A stretch of DNA of 32,000 nucleotides, taken from positions 840,001 to 872,000 of the forward strand of contig NC_015913.1 in the NCBI RefSeq assembly GCF_000270205.1. The letters are read 5' to 3'. A program made the position numbers and the translations under genes. A model generated the notes under the pieces. The model did not search any database and had not been told where the DNA came from. It worked only from the letters and a program-made list of their open reading frames with translations. Source of the stretch: Candidatus Arthromitus sp. SFB-mouse-Japan. GTDB lineage: Bacteria; Bacillota; Clostridia; Clostridiales; Clostridiaceae. Below are positions 1 through 7,999 of this stretch, in pieces (position 1 is the first letter of the stretch; every line of letters begins with the position of its first letter).

Positions 1-2742
1 TACATATCTTGCAGAAATTGCTTTAAATGTATCTATTGTATTAGCTTTAGAATTCTTCTTAACATTAACAATTTCAGTAAAATTATCACCATCTTCACTA
101 ACCTCTATGATATAGTCTGATGTATTCATAGAGTTACTTTCTCCTCCAGCTTCAGCGTGAGCTATTTTAACTTCACTAATAAGTGACACACTTCCGAGAT
201 CGACAGTTATATTATGAGGAGGTGTCCCAGTAGCACACCACTTAGTATCTAATTTACCATCAAAGGCAAAGTTTGGAGCTTCATTGCTGTTAACAAAGCT
301 TGATGCTCCAGCATTTTTTGAATTAGATAAATTTTTAAAATTTTCGGCATCTTTTGTCACAGTGATATAATTTTCAATTGTTTTAATATCTTCACCAGAA
401 GAATTTTTAGCTTTTAATGAAACTTTATATGTTCCTTCATTTTCGTACTTTACTGTTGGTGAAATTTCAGTACTGTTTTGTACAGTTGCTCCTTCAAACG
501 TCCATTCTAAATTTTCAGTAACTTGTGAACTTAAGTTTGTAAATGTTATTTCTTCACCTGGTGAAATAAGTGTTTTTGATGCTGTAAAATCTGACTTGGG
601 AATACTATTATCAGGCCATTCTATCTTAGTTCTCATACCATTTCCCCTAGATAAATCATTATTTACAGCTACAACTTCAAAAGTTGTAGTGTTAGATTTA
701 TTATCTCTTGTTAGTGCATTTACAAAATAATTTTCATTAATTGATGCACCTAAAAATGTTAAAGATTCATCCTCATTTACTTTATAGATTTCATAATGTT
801 TGACATCATTTTTATTTGATGCATCAAATGAAAGTCTAACTCCTGCATACATATCTTCTTCTTCAAATACAACATTATCTACATTAACAGATATAATATC
901 TGAAACGTTTGCATTTTTAGAATTTATACTAATATTTCCAAAATTAACAGATATATTGGAAACATCTTTATCACTTAAAATTTTATAAGATATAGAACGT
1001 ATGACTTTACCGGTAAATTTCGATACATCAAAATTCACTTTTGTCCAATCACTAGATACGATAGTATTACCTTCAATTTCTTCAGAACTTCCATCATCAA
1101 AATCTAAAATTAATTTTATGGAAACATCAGAACTAGCAGAAAGTATTGTTGTAAATTGAGTATCGTTTTCTATTTTTAAATCTGAACTAAATAATTTTAT
1201 TTCACTAGGAGTATTAGCTTTAAGATTTCCTGCTAATTTTATGGAATTTCCTCCATAATAAGCTTTTGAATAATCAATTGAAGCCTTAAGAGAATTATCT
1301 CCTTCATTATCTATTATCCATCTATAAGTTGGCATGACATCAGCAAGACTTCGGTTATTCCAATCCATTGATGAAACCTTTTCACCATTCACAAAAAAAT
1401 TATATCCATTACCTATATTAAAGTTTGTTGTGAATGGTATCGAATTAATTACTGTATTTTCAACAGCATAAGTGGACATTCCTATAAATCCTGCATTTTC
1501 AATATTTGCTCTTGGATCTCCAAGCTCATTAACCCATAAACGATTTTCTTTTGACATAAATTCATCTACATTATTTGAAGAAAAGAATGTCCAGCTTGGA
1601 CAATATATACCTAATGAAGTGTAAGGTATATTATTATCATCAGTTAAAAGACCCCAACGAATTTGAGTATTTGTGCCATTTGCTTGTATATCTATACCAG
1701 CATACAAACTATATGGATTGATGCCGAGAGAAATTGCTCTTAAATTAGATTCTCTTAAAAGCTCTTGTTCTGCTAAACGATTAGTTGTCCACCAAAAATT
1801 CAAAAACATACTATCAGCGACTTTTTCCTTATCTGCATCAATTAAAAAATAATCATTTTTTTCGGTTAATGCATTTTGCCAATCCATTTCCCCATCTTTT
1901 GTTAAAGAATCATACCACATAATTTCATAATCAGATTTTTTATTAAATTCTCTTATAAATTCTTGCATGAGTTCAGCATGAGTTTTTGTGATTTTTGCTC
2001 CCTCTTGTACTGTTTCACTTTGGTCTATAAAATTATTTTCTTTAATAGTAAGTCCTGTTTCTTGATTTATAAACCATCCATCAAATCCTAAAACTTCACA
2101 AACCTCAATAAGTTTATCGATCATTGGGAAATTTCCATTTTCATCTTTGTATAAAAATTGTTCAACCCACTCAGCCTTTCCACCATGTTCTGTGGTTGGG
2201 AAGAATATAGTGCCTAATACAGGAACTCCATTTTTGTGAGCTGAGTTAATAACATCTGCACTAGGAGGAACTATTATTCCTTCACCTGAAGATCCTCCCC
2301 AATAAACTAACTTATCTATATACTGCCAATAAGAAAATGTATTAGAATCAAATTTATTTAAACCTTGAGGAGAATTGCCACTTGTGCTTTCATTCATCAT
2401 AGATAAAACAACTATATTAAAATCTTTATTTTGAGTTTTGTTAATTAATGGAAGGTTTTCTTTAGAAACTCTTTCAGCTAGAGGAATAGTAGCTTTATTG
2501 TACTTAATATCCTCATCTTTAGTTGGATCCCATTTTAGGAGTTCTTCGGGAAACCAAAAAGGAGTTATTGGCATGTTTGAGATCTTTATATTTTCTGCTT
2601 CTTCTGCTTCTCCAGTTACGCTGTAATTTATAGTTGAAATATTATTTGATGATGTTGTTACAGTTCTTTCACTGCAAGACATAATACCAATAGCTAAAAA
2701 CATGGACATGGCAATAATTCTTTTTAATTTTAGCTTATTCAT
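1..2742 (-). CDS. GH85 endo-beta-N-acetylglucosaminidase, surface lipoprotein with C-terminal PKD and F5/8-type-C (discoidin/CBM32-like) domains; 3' end lies beyond the left edge
   Basis: This ORF is not in the supplied track because it has no stop in the window. I checked every triplet in this minus-strand frame from 2742 down to 1 and found 914 sense codons with no stop. ATG is at 2740-2742, preceded by GGAGG (2749-2753). The N-terminus MNKLKLKRIIAMSMFLAIGIMSCS is a signal peptide with a lipobox Cys. The GH85 active-site motif GFDGWFINQET is present (N-Q-E at 2059-2067). A PKD-like segment (SDFTASKTLISPGEEITF...YITV) spans about 361-597. A discoidin-like segment (FDGKLDTKWCA...) spans about 1-340. 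Confidence 0.85.
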   Translation of the reverse strand, partial: MNKLKLKRIIAMSMFLAIGIMSCSERTVTTSSNNISTINYSVTGEAEEAENIKISNMPITPFWFPEELLKWDPTKDEDIKYNKATIPLAERVSKENLPLINKTQNKDFNIVVLSMMNESTSGNSPQGLNKFDSNTFSYWQYIDKLVYWGGSSGEGIIVPPSADVINSAHKNGVPVLGTIFFPTTEHGGKAEWVEQFLYKDENGNFPMIDKLIEVCEVLGFDGWFINQETGLTIKENNFIDQSETVQEGAKITKTHAELMQEFIREFNKKSDYEIMWYDSLTKDGEMDWQNALTEKNDYFLIDADKEKVADSMFLNFWWTTNRLAEQELLRESNLRAISLGINPYSLYAGIDIQANGTNTQIRWGLLTDDNNIPYTSLGIYCPSWTFFSSNNVDEFMSKENRLWVNELGDPRANIENAGFIGMSTYAVENTVINSIPFTTNFNIGNGYNFFVNGEKVSSMDWNNRSLADVMPTYRWIIDNEGDNSLKASIDYSKAYYGGNSIKLAGNLKANTPSEIKLFSSDLKIENDTQFTTILSASSDVSIKLILDFDDGSSEEIEGNTIVSSDWTKVNFDVSKFTGKVIRSISYKILSDKDVSNISVNFGNISINSKNANVSDIISVNVDNVVFEEEDMYAGVRLSFDASNKNDVKHYEIYKVNEDESLTFLGASINENYFVNALTRDNKSNTTTFEVVAVNNDLSRGNGMRTKIEWPDNSIPKSDFTASKTLISPGEEITFTNLSSQVTENLEWTFEGATVQNSTEISPTVKYENEGTYKVSLKAKNSSGEDIKTIENYITVTKDAENFKNLSNSKNAGASSFVNSNEAPNFAFDGKLDTKWCATGTPPHNITVDLGSVSLISEVKIAHAEAGGESNSMNTSDYIIEVSEDGDNFTEIVNVKKNSKANTIDTFKAISARYV

Positions 2743-2773
2743 AATTTACCTCCGAAAAAATAATAGTGATTAT

Positions 2774-3721
2774 TTATTTATTTTTAGATTCTATCATAGC
2801 AAGTGCAATAGCCCCTAAAACTCCAATCTTTGAACCTAAACTAGACTTTGATATTTTACAATTTCTAAGTATTGGTCCTAAACATCTTTTTTTCATTTCT
2901 TTATGAATAATTTCAAACATTAAATCTCCACTATCAGTAATACCTCCTCCTATTATTATTAAGTCTGGATCTAATATGTTAGCATAATTTGATATTGCAA
3001 CCCCTAAATAGCTCATAGCTGTTTCAACTATTTCCATTGATACTTTATCACCTTTATTAGCTTCTAAAAATAATTCTTTTGCCGTTATATTATTATAATT
3101 TTTTAATGAAGTTTCAACTCTGCTTGATATCGCATCTTTTGCTGCCTTCATCATAGCAGTACCAGATGACATTGCCTCAACACATCCAATATTACCACAA
3201 CCACATCTTCTTCCATAAACAGATACTGTTGTATGTCCTACTTCTAAAGCATTTGATGTGCTTCCCCTATATATTTTACCATTTAATATAGCACCTCCAC
3301 CAACTCCTGTGCTAACTGTAACATAAACCATATTATTTGTTCCTTTTCCAACACCAAACATATATTCAGCCAAAGTTGCAACATTCGCATCATTATCTAA
3401 ATAAATTTTTATATTAAATTCATTAAATAACTCATCAACTATGGGAAAGTTAACGAATGGTAAATTAGCAGGTTCAGCAATTAATCCATTTTTAATATCT
3501 AATGGACCTGGAGATCCTAATCCTATTGCTTTTATTTTAGATTTATCTATATCTTTTATAACATATTTAATACTATCTTTTATTTTTTGTACTATTTGTT
3601 CTGCTCCCTTTTCTGCTTCTGTTTTAAGAATTATCTCATTAATGAATTTTCCATTTCCATAACACAAAGCAGTATAGATTTTTGTCCCACCTAAATCTAC
3701 ACCTACATATAAATTATCCAT
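2774..3721 (-). CDS. ROK-family sugar kinase (glucokinase-like, with Zn-binding Cys motif)
   Basis: 315 aa. N-terminal ATP-binding motif VGVDLGGTKI. ROK signature with GHTTV...CGCGNIGCVEA. It lies in the same operon as the glycan transporter and hydrolases. Confidence 0.85.
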   Translation of the reverse strand: MDNLYVGVDLGGTKIYTALCYGNGKFINEIILKTEAEKGAEQIVQKIKDSIKYVIKDIDKSKIKAIGLGSPGPLDIKNGLIAEPANLPFVNFPIVDELFNEFNIKIYLDNDANVATLAEYMFGVGKGTNNMVYVTVSTGVGGGAILNGKIYRGSTSNALEVGHTTVSVYGRRCGCGNIGCVEAMSSGTAMMKAAKDAISSRVETSLKNYNNITAKELFLEANKGDKVSMEIVETAMSYLGVAISNYANILDPDLIIIGGGITDSGDLMFEIIHKEMKKRCLGPILRNCKISKSSLGSKIGVLGAIALAMIESKNK

Positions 3722-3732
3722 TTTTAATCCCC

Positions 3733-4842
3733 CTAAAATATAGTTTTTTGCTCATTTTCATCAAATAAATGAATTTTATCAATATCTATTACGAATCTAA
3801 TTTTTCCGATAGTACTTATATTATCTGATGTAGGTGTTTTAATAACCATATTTCTACTTCCAGCTTTTGCATAGATATATGTTTCTGCTCCAAGATTTTC
3901 TGTAATATCTATATCGAGTTTAAAAATTGTATTTGATTCATTTTTAAGATCTTCTTCTTTACAACTAATATTTTCAGGTCTAATTCCAACAATAAGCTTA
4001 GTATTCAAATTATTCGTATCATTTAAAATTTTAGCTTTATCTTTAGGTAATATAATTTCTTTATCTAAAACTTTAAGAATAATACTATTATCTTTTTTAT
4101 AAGTTTCCCCATATAAAATATTCATTTGTGGGCTTCCTATAAAGCTTGCAACAAATAAATTCTTAGGATGATCATATATACGTTTTGGTGTGTCTACTTG
4201 TTGTATAACACCATCATTCATTACAACTATTCTAGTACCTAAAGTCATAGCTTCCGTTTGATCATGAGTAACATATATAAAAGTTGTTGCTAATTGATTA
4301 TACAATTTTGCAATTTCTGTTCTCATTTGTACCCTTAATTTTGCATCTAAATTAGATAAAGGTTCATCCATCAAAAAAACTTTAGGATGTCTAACTATTG
4401 CACGTCCCATAGCAACCCTTTGTCTTTGCCCTCCAGATAATGCTTTTGGTTTCCTATCAAGCAAATGTTCTATATCTAAAATTTTAGCAGCTTCGCGAAC
4501 TTTTTTGTCAATTTCATCTTTTGGTACTTTTCTTAATTTAAGTGCAAAAGCCATATTTCCATAAACTGTCATATGAGGATATAATGCATAATTTTGGAAT
4601 ACCATTGCTATATCTCTGTCTTTAGGAGCGATATCATTCACCATAACACCATCTATGTATAATTCGCCACCAGAAATTTCTTCAAGTCCAGCAATCATTC
4701 TTAAAGTAGTTGATTTACCACAACCTGAAGGTCCTACAAAAACTATAAATTCCTTATCTTTTATTTCTAAATTAAAATTATTTACAGCCTTATAACCATT
4801 TTCATAAATTTTATCTATATTTTTTAATAATAATCCTGCCAT
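3733..4842 (-). CDS. Carbohydrate ABC transporter ATP-binding protein (MsmK/MsmX/MalK family)
   Basis: 369 aa. Walker [10 protein letters not shown], signature LSGGQRQR, Walker [12 protein letters not shown], and a C-terminal MalK-type regulatory/TOBE-like region. RBS GGGAGAG lies upstream of the ATG. Confidence 0.9.
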   Translation of the reverse strand: MAGLLLKNIDKIYENGYKAVNNFNLEIKDKEFIVFVGPSGCGKSTTLRMIAGLEEISGGELYIDGVMVNDIAPKDRDIAMVFQNYALYPHMTVYGNMAFALKLRKVPKDEIDKKVREAAKILDIEHLLDRKPKALSGGQRQRVAMGRAIVRHPKVFLMDEPLSNLDAKLRVQMRTEIAKLYNQLATTFIYVTHDQTEAMTLGTRIVVMNDGVIQQVDTPKRIYDHPKNLFVASFIGSPQMNILYGETYKKDNSIILKVLDKEIILPKDKAKILNDTNNLNTKLIVGIRPENISCKEEDLKNESNTIFKLDIDITENLGAETYIYAKAGSRNMVIKTPTSDNISTIGKIRFVIDIDKIHLFDENEQKTIF

Positions 4843-4870
4843 AATAATTCTCTCCCTAAAAATTTAATAT

Positions 4871-5407
4871 TTATTTCAAAATATCTAAATCATGCTTAAA
4901 TATCATTGGATTAATCTTTTCACACATCTTCTGAAGATTTTTGTCCATTGCAAGCTTATATCCAATTGAATTTGAATCATTAACTCTAACAATTAAAATA
5001 TTTTCTGTTAGTTTTTTTGTTTTAATTCCACTTAAAGTTAAATTGATAATCTTAATGTCTTCATTGATATATGAATTTGAAGATTTAATTTTAATTACAT
5101 CATTAATATTTATGTTAGCAACAATTTTTCTATTTTTTTTGTTAAATATCTTTGATACAATTAGTTCACTTCCTGTCAACTCATACTCAAATTCTATAAA
5201 CTTATTACGAGCAATTATTGAAAGAATGACATAAACTAAAAATGTCAGTATTGCTATGATTTTTCCTAAAAAAATCATATTGAGTAATGTAAGAATCAAT
5301 AGTGCCTGTTTAGCTGATTCAACTTTCTTTCTTTTAAATTCATAATCTTTTGTTAAGAATTGTTCGTAAAAAATATCCATATACTCACTTCTTTCATTTA
5401 TATTCAT
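4871..5407 (-). CDS. Hypothetical small membrane protein (predicted TM hairpin plus beta-rich C-terminal domain)
   Basis: 178-aa ORF packed between a ROK kinase gene (20-nt gap) and the ATPase gene (28-nt gap) on the same strand. A hydrophobic hairpin ALLILTLLNMIFLGKIIAILTFLVYVILSII is followed by a soluble domain. I recognise no family motif. There is no convincing SD before the annotated ATG, and an alternative ATG exists at Met10. Confidence 0.55.
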   Translation of the reverse strand: MNINERSEYMDIFYEQFLTKDYEFKRKKVESAKQALLILTLLNMIFLGKIIAILTFLVYVILSIIARNKFIEFEYELTGSELIVSKIFNKKNRKIVANININDVIKIKSSNSYINEDIKIINLTLSGIKTKKLTENILIVRVNDSNSIGYKLAMDKNLQKMCEKINPMIFKHDLDILK

Positions 5408-5427
5408 AATAAACGTTTTTATAATTT

Positions 5428-6306
5428 TTAATAATATTCTTTCTTAAAATTTGATAATGCACCTATAAGATTTGCATCTTTTTTATAAGTACAAGTCCTT
5501 ATTTGTGGTTTTATTTTTGCTAATTCAATTTTGTTCACTAAATAATCTAAATTATCATTTATTTTATCTAAGAAGTCTTCTCTTTCAGATATAGCACCAC
5601 CAAGTAAAATAAGTTCAGGATCATACATATATTGAAGATTATAAATTCCTTTTGCCAAATTCAAATAAAATTTATTAATTGCATTAATGCAAATCATATT
5701 TCCACATTCCGCTTCTCTAAATATTTTTTCTCCATCCCAATCTCCACTATAAAATCTCTTTACTCTTGTAACCATAGATATTGTGGAAGAAATTTCACTA
5801 AATGTACGAAATTTATCATCTTCATTTTCCATTATCATAAATCCAAATTCTCCACAATGAAGATTTTTACCATTAATTATTTCCCCATTATAGACTATAG
5901 ATCCACCTATTCCAGTTCCACAAACAATAAATATCATGTTATTTACATCTTTTGCTGAACCATTAAAAACTTCAGCAAGAGCTGCACAATTTGCATCATT
6001 TTCAATACTTACATTAAGATTTAATCTTTCTCCTAATATTTTTTTAAAGTTAGGACCATGGATACAATTTAAAGCGCTTGATCCATAAATTACACCTTCT
6101 TTTGTGTCTACTGCACCAGGAGAACTTATAGCTAAACCTTCAATTAAAAAATTTCTTTTAGATCTCTCGACAAAATTTACTATGATATCAAATAATTTAT
6201 CTATATCATCAATAATTTTTAAAGTTTCTCTAAATTTAATTTTACCATTTTTATCTAAAACTCCTGCCTTTATTGATGTTCCTCCAATATCAATACAAGC
6301 TATCAT
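5428..6306 (-). CDS. ROK-family protein, probable sugar kinase (divergent; lacks the CxCGxxGC zinc motif)
   Basis: 292 aa. N-terminal IACIDIGGTSIKAG. The ROK core DANCAALAE is present. HCGEFGF replaces the Cys-rich motif seen in the paralog at 2774-3721. RBS GAGGTG is 8 nt upstream of the ATG. Confidence 0.75.
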   Translation of the reverse strand: MIACIDIGGTSIKAGVLDKNGKIKFRETLKIIDDIDKLFDIIVNFVERSKRNFLIEGLAISSPGAVDTKEGVIYGSSALNCIHGPNFKKILGERLNLNVSIENDANCAALAEVFNGSAKDVNNMIFIVCGTGIGGSIVYNGEIINGKNLHCGEFGFMIMENEDDKFRTFSEISSTISMVTRVKRFYSGDWDGEKIFREAECGNMICINAINKFYLNLAKGIYNLQYMYDPELILLGGAISEREDFLDKINDNLDYLVNKIELAKIKPQIRTCTYKKDANLIGALSNFKKEYY

Positions 6307-6388
6307 ATTTAAAACACCTCATAATGAAATATAATTAAAGGAGATATAAATTCAATAAAACGAATAAATACCTCCTCCAAAAGTTATA

Positions 6389-7861
6389 TTAGTTATTACT
6401 TTTCCAGGCATCAAGTTGGGATTGCATCTCATTAATTACTTTATCAATACCTTGTTCTTTTAATTTATTATTTAATTTAGTTAAATACTCATCAACATCA
6501 ACAGATCCACTATATAAAGTGGCTTTAAATTCTTCGAGAACATTATTAATAGCGGCAATTTCACTAGATACTCTAGATGCATCAAATTTAAATCCTAATG
6601 CTGGAGATACTTTAGCTTTATCATTAAATTCTTTGAACTCTTCCCATTTTGTGTCAGGCTCATTATCTAAAGTATAAGTTATAAACATATTTCCTAATCC
6701 AAAATAAGGAATTTCATATCTACGTTGATCTTGGTTAAGAAGTTTAATACTGTTTTCAGATACTTTTTCATAATGGACACCTTCTATACCATAGTTAAGT
6801 AAATTTCTCAATTTCTTATCAGTATTTAATAGTGTCAAAAATTCAAACGATTTCTCTTTGTTTTTGGAATTTTGAGATATAGCTATTAGCGCTCCAGTTG
6901 CTGATGCGTTTGTAACTAATGTATCCACTATCGGAGATGCTACAACTTCATATTTCAAATCTTTAGACCAAATTTTTTCAGCATAAGGCTGACCATCGCC
7001 TTTAGTAACAAGTCTTTTGACTGATTTATCGTCTTGAGCAGTTGCTGAATCTGCATTTATATAACCAAGCTGATAATATCTTCTTAATGTATCTAAAGAT
7101 TTTTTCATTTCAGCTGTTTCAAACATATTTCTAATTGTAAGAGTTTCATCATCAGATAAAATCCCCACAGGATCTACTAATTGATCAAAGAATACAGTAT
7201 AAGAGAATCCTTTAGTTATATATAAAGGAACTACCCCTGGTTCATTTTCTTTTATAATTTTTAGCCATGGCTCTAAATCCTCTAAGGAATGAATGCTTTC
7301 ATAAGGTATATTATATTTATCTACATATTCCTTAGTAAAAACCCACATAGGAGCAACTCCCAATTCTTTTTGATTAGGAACCCCATATATTTTTCCATCT
7401 ATAGATGCACCATCCCAAAATCTTTTATCGATTGTAGTAAATAAAAGATTCCCAGAATCAGAATTTAACATATCATTTAGTTCTAAAAATGCACCCTTTC
7501 TAGAATTACCTAAATAGTCACCAGCCCATGAACACGTAAATGCTAAATCATAGTCTTCGCCAGAATTTATAATAACAGACATTTTTTGAGTATAATCACC
7601 AAAATCTATGAATTTCATATTTAGATGTACATTTATCTTCTCTTCTAAATATTTGTTAACTTCCGTAATAACTTGTTTGTAATCTTTAGGTTCAAGACCT
7701 ATTGTATACCAAGTTAATTCAGTAATTTTTTGACCACCTGAACCAACTTTGTTTGAATTATTCCCACAACTTGTAAAAAAAGTTAATGTCATGATGAAAA
7801 ATAAGACAATTGATAATGATGATATAAGTTTCTTGGTTTTAATACATTTAATTCTTCCCAT
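6389..7861 (-). CDS. Extracellular solute-binding lipoprotein of a CUT1 ABC transporter (LplA/YtcQ-like, large ~490 aa class)
   Basis: 490 aa. Signal peptide with lipobox LTFFTSCGN. Size and composition fit oligosaccharide-binding SBPs. RBS AAAGGAG is 7 nt upstream of the ATG. Confidence 0.85.
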   Translation of the reverse strand: MGRIKCIKTKKLISSLSIVLFFIMTLTFFTSCGNNSNKVGSGGQKITELTWYTIGLEPKDYKQVITEVNKYLEEKINVHLNMKFIDFGDYTQKMSVIINSGEDYDLAFTCSWAGDYLGNSRKGAFLELNDMLNSDSGNLLFTTIDKRFWDGASIDGKIYGVPNQKELGVAPMWVFTKEYVDKYNIPYESIHSLEDLEPWLKIIKENEPGVVPLYITKGFSYTVFFDQLVDPVGILSDDETLTIRNMFETAEMKKSLDTLRRYYQLGYINADSATAQDDKSVKRLVTKGDGQPYAEKIWSKDLKYEVVASPIVDTLVTNASATGALIAISQNSKNKEKSFEFLTLLNTDKKLRNLLNYGIEGVHYEKVSENSIKLLNQDQRRYEIPYFGLGNMFITYTLDNEPDTKWEEFKEFNDKAKVSPALGFKFDASRVSSEIAAINNVLEEFKATLYSGSVDVDEYLTKLNNKLKEQGIDKVINEMQSQLDAWKSNN

Positions 7862-7896
7862 TTCATTACTCCTTTCAGTAAAATTAGAAAGAGTTT

Positions 7897-7910
7897 TTAT
7901 AACGTTTACA
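7897..7910 (-). promoter_or_regulatory. Candidate catabolite-responsive element (cre, CcpA operator)
   Basis: The minus strand reads TGTAAACGTTATAA, matching the cre consensus TGWAANCGNTNWCA at 13 of 14 positions. It sits 5 nt downstream of a TGnTATAAT element and about 36 nt upstream of the SBP start codon. Confidence 0.35.
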
Positions 7911-7915
7911 ATCGA

Positions 7916-7924
7916 ATTATATCA
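7916..7924 (-). promoter_or_regulatory. Candidate internal promoter (extended -10) for the SBP and downstream genes
   Basis: The minus strand reads TGATATAAT (TGnTATAAT) within the 138-bp GH38-SBP gap. The -35 is poor (TACAAA/ACAAAG). Chance matches are common in AT-rich sequence. Confidence 0.3.
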
Positions 7925-7999
7925 TATGAATTAGCTATCTTTGTAGTGTACTTTTTATATATTTAGTTGAAAATTTCCCACTATAAAGACAATTAATTT

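Noticed and set aside
6340-6375. Imperfect stem-loop (GGAGATATAAATTC / GAATAAATACCTCC, 8-nt loop) in the gap after the SBP gene, considered as an intra-operon attenuator or mRNA-stabilising hairpin.
   Set aside because: There are three mismatches in 14 positions and only a 3-T tail. It is plausible but not supportable from sequence alone.
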